Below, piece by piece: positions 59,901 to 64,000 of a stretch of 64,000 bases of DNA. The DNA is taken from the NCBI GenBank assembly GCA_964016885.1, contig OZ024743.1, forward strand, positions 132,370,001 to 132,434,000, written 5' to 3'. The first letter of the stretch is position 1. Each line of letters starts with the position of its first letter. Made by a program: the position numbers and the translations under genes. Below the pieces are notes generated by a model that made no database searches, had not been told where the DNA came from, and saw nothing but the letters and a program-made list of their open reading frames with translations. The stretch comes from Eledone cirrhosa (Eukaryota).

Positions 59901-62900
59901 TGGTGTTTGCTGTTTGGTGTTTGGTGTTTGGTGTTTGGTGTTTGCTTTTTGCTGTTTGGTGTCTACTTTTTGGTGTTTGGTGTTTGCTGTATGGTGTTTG
60001 CTGTTTCGTGTTTATTGTTTGGTGCTTGGTACTTGGGGCTTGGTGTTTGGTGCTTGGTGCTTGGTGCTTCGTATTTGGTGTTTGGTGCTTGGTGCTTGGT
60101 GTTTGGTGCTTGGTGCTTGGTGCTTGTTGTTTGGTGTTTGGTGTTTGGTGTTTGGTGCTTGGTGCTTGGTGTTTGGTGCTTGGTGCTTGGTGTTTCGTGC
60201 TGCGTGTTTGGTGTTTGGTGCTTGGTGCTTGGTGCTTGGTGCTTGGTGTTTGGTGATTGGTGCTTGGTGTTTGGTGCTTGGTGCTTGGTGTTTGGTGCTT
60301 GGTGCTTGGTGCAGGTGTTTGGTGCTTAGTGCTTAGTGCTTGGTGCTTGGTGCTTGGTGTTTGGTGTTTGCTGTTAGCTGTTTGCTGTTTGCTGTTTGCT
60401 GTTTGCTGTTTGCTGTTTGGTGTTTGGGGTTTGGTGTTTGCAGTTTGGTGCTTTGTGTTAGGTGCTTGGTGCTTGGTGTTTTGTGTTTGGTGCTTGGTGC
60501 TTGGGGCTTGGTGTTTGGTGCTTGGTGCTTTGTTCTTAGTGCTTGGTGTTTGGTGTTTGGTGTTTGGTGCTTGGTGTTTGGTGCTTGGTGCTGGGTGTTT
60601 GGTGCTTGGTGCTTGGTGCATGGTGCTTGGTGCTTGGTGTTTGTCGCTTGGTGCTTGGTGCTTGGTGTTTGGTGCTTGGTGTTTGGTGTTTGGTGCTTGG
60701 TGCTTGGTGCTTGGTGTTTGGTGTTTGCTGTTTGCTGTTTGGTGTTTGGTGTTTGCTCTTTGCTGTTTGGTGTCTGCTTTTTGGTGTTTGGTGGTTGCTG
60801 TATGGTGTTTGCTGTTTCATATTTGGAGTTTGCTGTTTGCTGTTTGGTGTTTGGTGCTTGGTGCTTGGTGTTTGGTGTTTGGTGCTTGGTGCCTGGTGCT
60901 TGTTGTTTGGTGTTTGGTGCTTGGGGCTTGATGTTTGGTGTTTGGTGCTTGGTGTCTGGTGTTTGGTGCTTGGTGTTTGGTGTTTGGTGCTTGGTGCTTG
61001 GTGCTTGGTGTTTGGTGCTTGGTTCTTGGTGTTTGGTGTTTGGTGCTTGGTGTTTGGTTTTTTGTGCTTGGTGCTTGGTGTTTGGTGCTTGGTGCTTGGT
61101 GCTTGGTGTTTGGTGCTTGGTGCTTGGTGTTTGGTGCTTGGTTCTTCGTGTTTGGTGCTTGGTGTTTGGTGCTTGGTGCTTGGTGTTTGGTGCTTGGTGC
61201 TTTGTGCTTGGTGGTTGGTGTTAGGAGTTTGGTGCTTGGTGCATGGTGTTTTGTGCTTCGTGCTTGGTGCTTGGTGTTTGGTGCTTGGTGCTTGGTGTTT
61301 GGTGCTTGGTGCCTGGTGCTTGGTGTTTGGTGCTTGGTGCTTGGTGTTTTGTGCTTGGTTCTTGGTGTTTGGTGCTTGGTGTTAGGTGCATGGTGCTTGG
61401 TGTTTGGTGCTTGGTGCTTGGTGTTTGGTGTTTGGTGCTTGGTGTTTGGTGCTTGGTGCTTGGTGTTAGGTGTTTGGTGCTTGGTGTTTGGTGTTTGGTG
61501 CTTCATGCTTGGTGCTTGGTGTTTGGTGCTTGGTGCTTGGTGTTTGGTGCTTGGTGCCTGGTGCATGGTGTTTGGTGCTTGATGCTTGGTGTTTGGTGTT
61601 TGTTGCTTGGTGTTTGGTGTTTGGTGCTTGGTGTTTGGTGCTTGGTGCTTGGTGCTTGGTGTTAGATGTTAGGTGTTTGGTGCTTGGTGCTTGGTGTTTG
61701 GTGCTTGGTGCTTGGTGTTTGGTGTTTGGTGCTTGCTGCTTGCTGCTTGGTGTTTGGTGCTTGGTGATTGGTGCTTGGTGTTTGGTGCTTGGTGTTTGGT
61801 GCTTGGTACTTGGGGCTTGGTGTTTGGTGCTTGGTGCTTCGTGCTTGCTGTTTGGTGCTAGGTGCTTGGTGTTTGGTGTTTGGTGCTTGGTGTTTGGTGC
61901 GTGGTGCTTGGTGCTGGGTGGTTGGCGTTCGGTGCTTGGTGCTTGGTGTTTGGTGCTTGATGCTTGGTGTTTGGTGCTTGGTGCTTGGTTCTTGGTCTTT
62001 GGTGTTTGGTGTTTGGTGCTTGGTGCTTGGTGTTTGGTGCTTGGTGCTTGGTGATTAGTGTTTGGTACTTGGTGCGTGGGGTTTGGTGTTTGGTGCTTGT
62101 TGTTTGGTGCTTGGTGCTTGGTGCTTGGTGTTTGGTGCTTGGTGTTTGCTGTTTGCTGTTTGGTGTTTGGTGTTTGGTGTTTGGTGTTTGCTGTTGGCTG
62201 TTTGGTGTCTGCTTTTTGGTGTTTGGTGTTTGCTGTATGGTGTTTGCTGTTTCATGTTTGGAGTTTGCTGTTTGCTGTTTGGTTTTTCCTGTTTGCTGTT
62301 TGGTGTTTGGTGCTTGGTGCTTGGTACTTGATGTTTGGTGTTTGGTGCTTGGTGTCTGGTATTTGGTGCTTGGTGTTTAGTGTTTGGTGCTTGGTGCTTG
62401 GTGTTTGGTGTTTGGTGCTTGGTGCTTGGTGTTTGGTGTTTGTTGCTAGGTGTTTCGTGTTTGGTGCTTGGTGCTTGGTGTTTGGTGCTTGGTGCTTGGT
62501 GTTTTGTGTTTGGTGTTTGGTGCTTGGTGTTTGGTGTTTGGTGTTTGATGCTTGGTGTTTGATGCTTGGTGCTTGGTGCTTGGTGCTTGGTGTTTGGTGC
62601 TTGGTGCTTGGTGTTTGTACTTGGTGCTTGGTGCTTGGTGTTTGGCGCTTGGTTCTTGGTGTTTGGTGCTTGGTGTTTGGTGCTTGGTGCTTGGTGCTTG
62701 GTGTTTGGTGTTTGGTGCTTGGTGTTTGGTGCTTGGTGCTTTGTGCTTGGTGGATGGTGTTAGGTGTTTGGTGCTTGGTGCTTGGTGTTTTGTGCTTCGT
62801 GCTTGGTGCTTGGTGTTTGGTGCTTGGTGTTTGGTGCTTGGTGCCTGGTGCTTGGTGTTTGGTGCTTTGTGCTTGGTGATTGGTGCTTGGTGCTTGGTGT

Positions 62901-64000
62901 TTGGTGTTTGGTGCTTGGAGCTTGGTGTTTGGTGATGCGTGCTTGGTGCTTGGTGCTTCGTGCTTGGTGTTTTGTGTTTGGTGTTTGATGCTTGGTGTTT
63001 GGTGTTTGGTGCTTGGTGCTTGGTGTTTGGTGTTTGATGCTTGGTGCTTGATGCTTGGTGCTTGGTGCTTGGTGTTTGGTGCTTGGTGCTTGGTGTTTGT
63101 ACTTGGTGCTTTGTGCTTGGTGTTTGGTGCTTGGTGTTTGGTGCTTGGTGCTTGGTGCTTGGTGCTTGGTGTTTGGTGTTTGGTGCTTGGTGTTTGGTGC
63201 TTGGTGCTTGGTGCTTGGTGTTTGGTGCTTGGTGCTTGGTGCTTGGTGTTAGGTGTTTGGTGCTTCATGCTTGGTGCTTGGTGTTTGGTGCTTGGTGATT
63301 GGTGTTTGGTGCTTGATGCCTGGTGTTTGGTGTTTGGTGCTTGCTGCTTGCTGCTTGGTGTTTGGTGCTTGGTGATTGGTGCTTGGTGTTTGGTGCTTGG
63401 TGCTTGGTGTTTGGTGTTTGGTGCTAGGTGCTTGGTGCTTGGTGCTTGGTGTTTGGTGCTTGGTATTTGGTGCTTGGTACTTGGGGCTTGGCGTTTGGTG
63501 CTTGGTGCTTCGTGCTTGGTGTTTGGTGCTTGGTGTTTGGTGTTTGGTGCTTGGTGTTTGGTGCTTGGTGCTTGGTGCTGGGTGGTTGGCGTTCGGTGCT
63601 TGGTGCTTGGTGTTTGGTGCTTGGTGCTTGGTGTTTGGTGCTTGGTGTTTGGTGTTTGCTGTTTGGTGTTTGGTGTTTGGTGTTTGGTGTTTGCTTTTTG
63701 CTGTTTGGTGTCTACTTTTTGGTGTTTGGTGTTTGCTGTATGGTGTTTGCTGTTTCGTGTTTATTGTTTGGTGCTTGGTACTTGGGGCTTGGTGTTTGGT
63801 GCTTGGTGCTTGGTGCTTCGTATTTGGTGTTTGGTGCTTGGTGCTTGGTGTTTGGTGCTTGGTGCTTGGTGCTTGTTGTTTGGTGTTTGGTGTTTGGTGT
63901 TTGGTGCTTGGTGCTTGGTGTTTGGTGCTTGGTGCTTGGTGTTTCGTGCTGCGTGTTTGGTGTTTGGTGCTTGGTGCTTGGTGCTTGGTGCTTGGTGTTT
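53220..64000 (+). repeat. Young higher-order repeat, base unit ~3.7 kb (2 full copies plus start of a third; second copy enlarged to 5288 bp)
   Basis: Near-identical 338-aa minus ORFs at 53271, 56964 and 62252 (offsets 3693, 5288). Also 54969/58718 (3749) and 55529/60817 (5288 = 3749+1539). Confidence 0.92.
57920..61000 (+). repeat. Tandem duplication, period 1539 bp, nested in the second 3.7-kb unit
   Basis: Identical ORFs 57961/59500, 58088/59627 and 58718/60257. Both copies carry CTTTGTT-CTTAGTG (~58996, ~60535) where the 55.25 kb paralog has CTTGGTG. Confidence 0.92.

Larger units (their letters stand above)
1..64000 (+). repeat. Heptamer satellite array (YTTGGTG)n, ~9,100 monomers, single orientation, extends beyond both window edges
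   Basis: Every line parses into CTTGGTG or TTTGGTG monomers plus 1-3 substitution variants (e.g. TTTGCTG, CTTGGGG, ATTGGTG, TTTGATG, CCTGGTG, TTAGGTG). No unique sequence and no inverted (CACCAA) segment was seen. The + strand is G/T-rich and almost devoid of A. Confidence 0.99.

Noticed and set aside
2-63298. Hundreds of + strand ORFs encoding (WCLVLGA/WCLVFGV)n, up to 523 aa
   Set aside because: A 7-bp repeat yields the same 7-residue peptide in all three frames. The ORFs overlap in every frame, start at incidental TTG/GTG codons and end at random variant stops, with no unique domain or codon-position bias.
1-64000. CRISPR-like array or diversity cassette system (recurring module with variable intervening sequence)
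   Set aside because: There are no unique spacers; the intervening sequence is the same heptamer. No cas, recombinase or reverse transcriptase genes are present.
1-64000. Array synthesised directly by telomerase in its present form
   Set aside because: Multi-kb blocks share rare variants in identical order, which indicates copying by duplication rather than de novo templated addition. A remote telomeric origin is not excluded.
1-64000. Bacterial short heptamer repeats (cyanobacterial STRR-like or intergenic heptamer tracts)
   Set aside because: Those tracts are typically tens to hundreds of bp between genes. A gene-free 64 kb array with higher-order structure does not fit a prokaryotic chromosome, although the host cannot be proven from this window.
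1-64000. Pure sequencing/assembly artefact or simulated low-complexity sequence
   Set aside because: Variants are shared hierarchically between copies, with private substitutions and in-register deletions, which is consistent with real evolutionary history. Individual near-identical copies still need read validation.
1-64000. Promoters, terminators, tRNA/rRNA genes, transposon ends
   Set aside because: The sequence has no A-rich elements, inverted repeats, strong hairpins or unique sequence to support any such call.

Overview
The whole 64 kb window is one uninterrupted, single-orientation tandem array of a degenerate 7-bp monomer, consensus YTTGGTG (CTTGGTG / TTTGGTG; minus strand CACCAAR), roughly 9,100 copies, running off both ends of the window. 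I see no credible protein-coding gene, RNA gene, transposon or CRISPR array. All listed ORFs (WCLVLGA / KHQAPST repeats) are the automatic translation of a 7-mer with few stop codons. The information lies in the variant monomers. They show (i) a two-state C/T pattern at monomer position 1, (ii) strong conservation of the 7-bp register, (iii) an old ~0.7-0.9 kb marker module recurring about 40 times, and (iv) nested higher-order duplications (periods ~448, 515, 939, 1539, 1865, 2113, ~2600, ~3700, ~3900, 5288, ~5450-5740 and ~6100 bp) grouped into three sub-domains. Offsets were read from identical ORF translations in the supplied track and cross-checked against rare monomers; block boundaries are approximate. 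The most likely identity is eukaryotic satellite DNA (centromeric, pericentromeric or subtelomeric) from a long-read assembly. Organism and function cannot be determined from the sequence alone.
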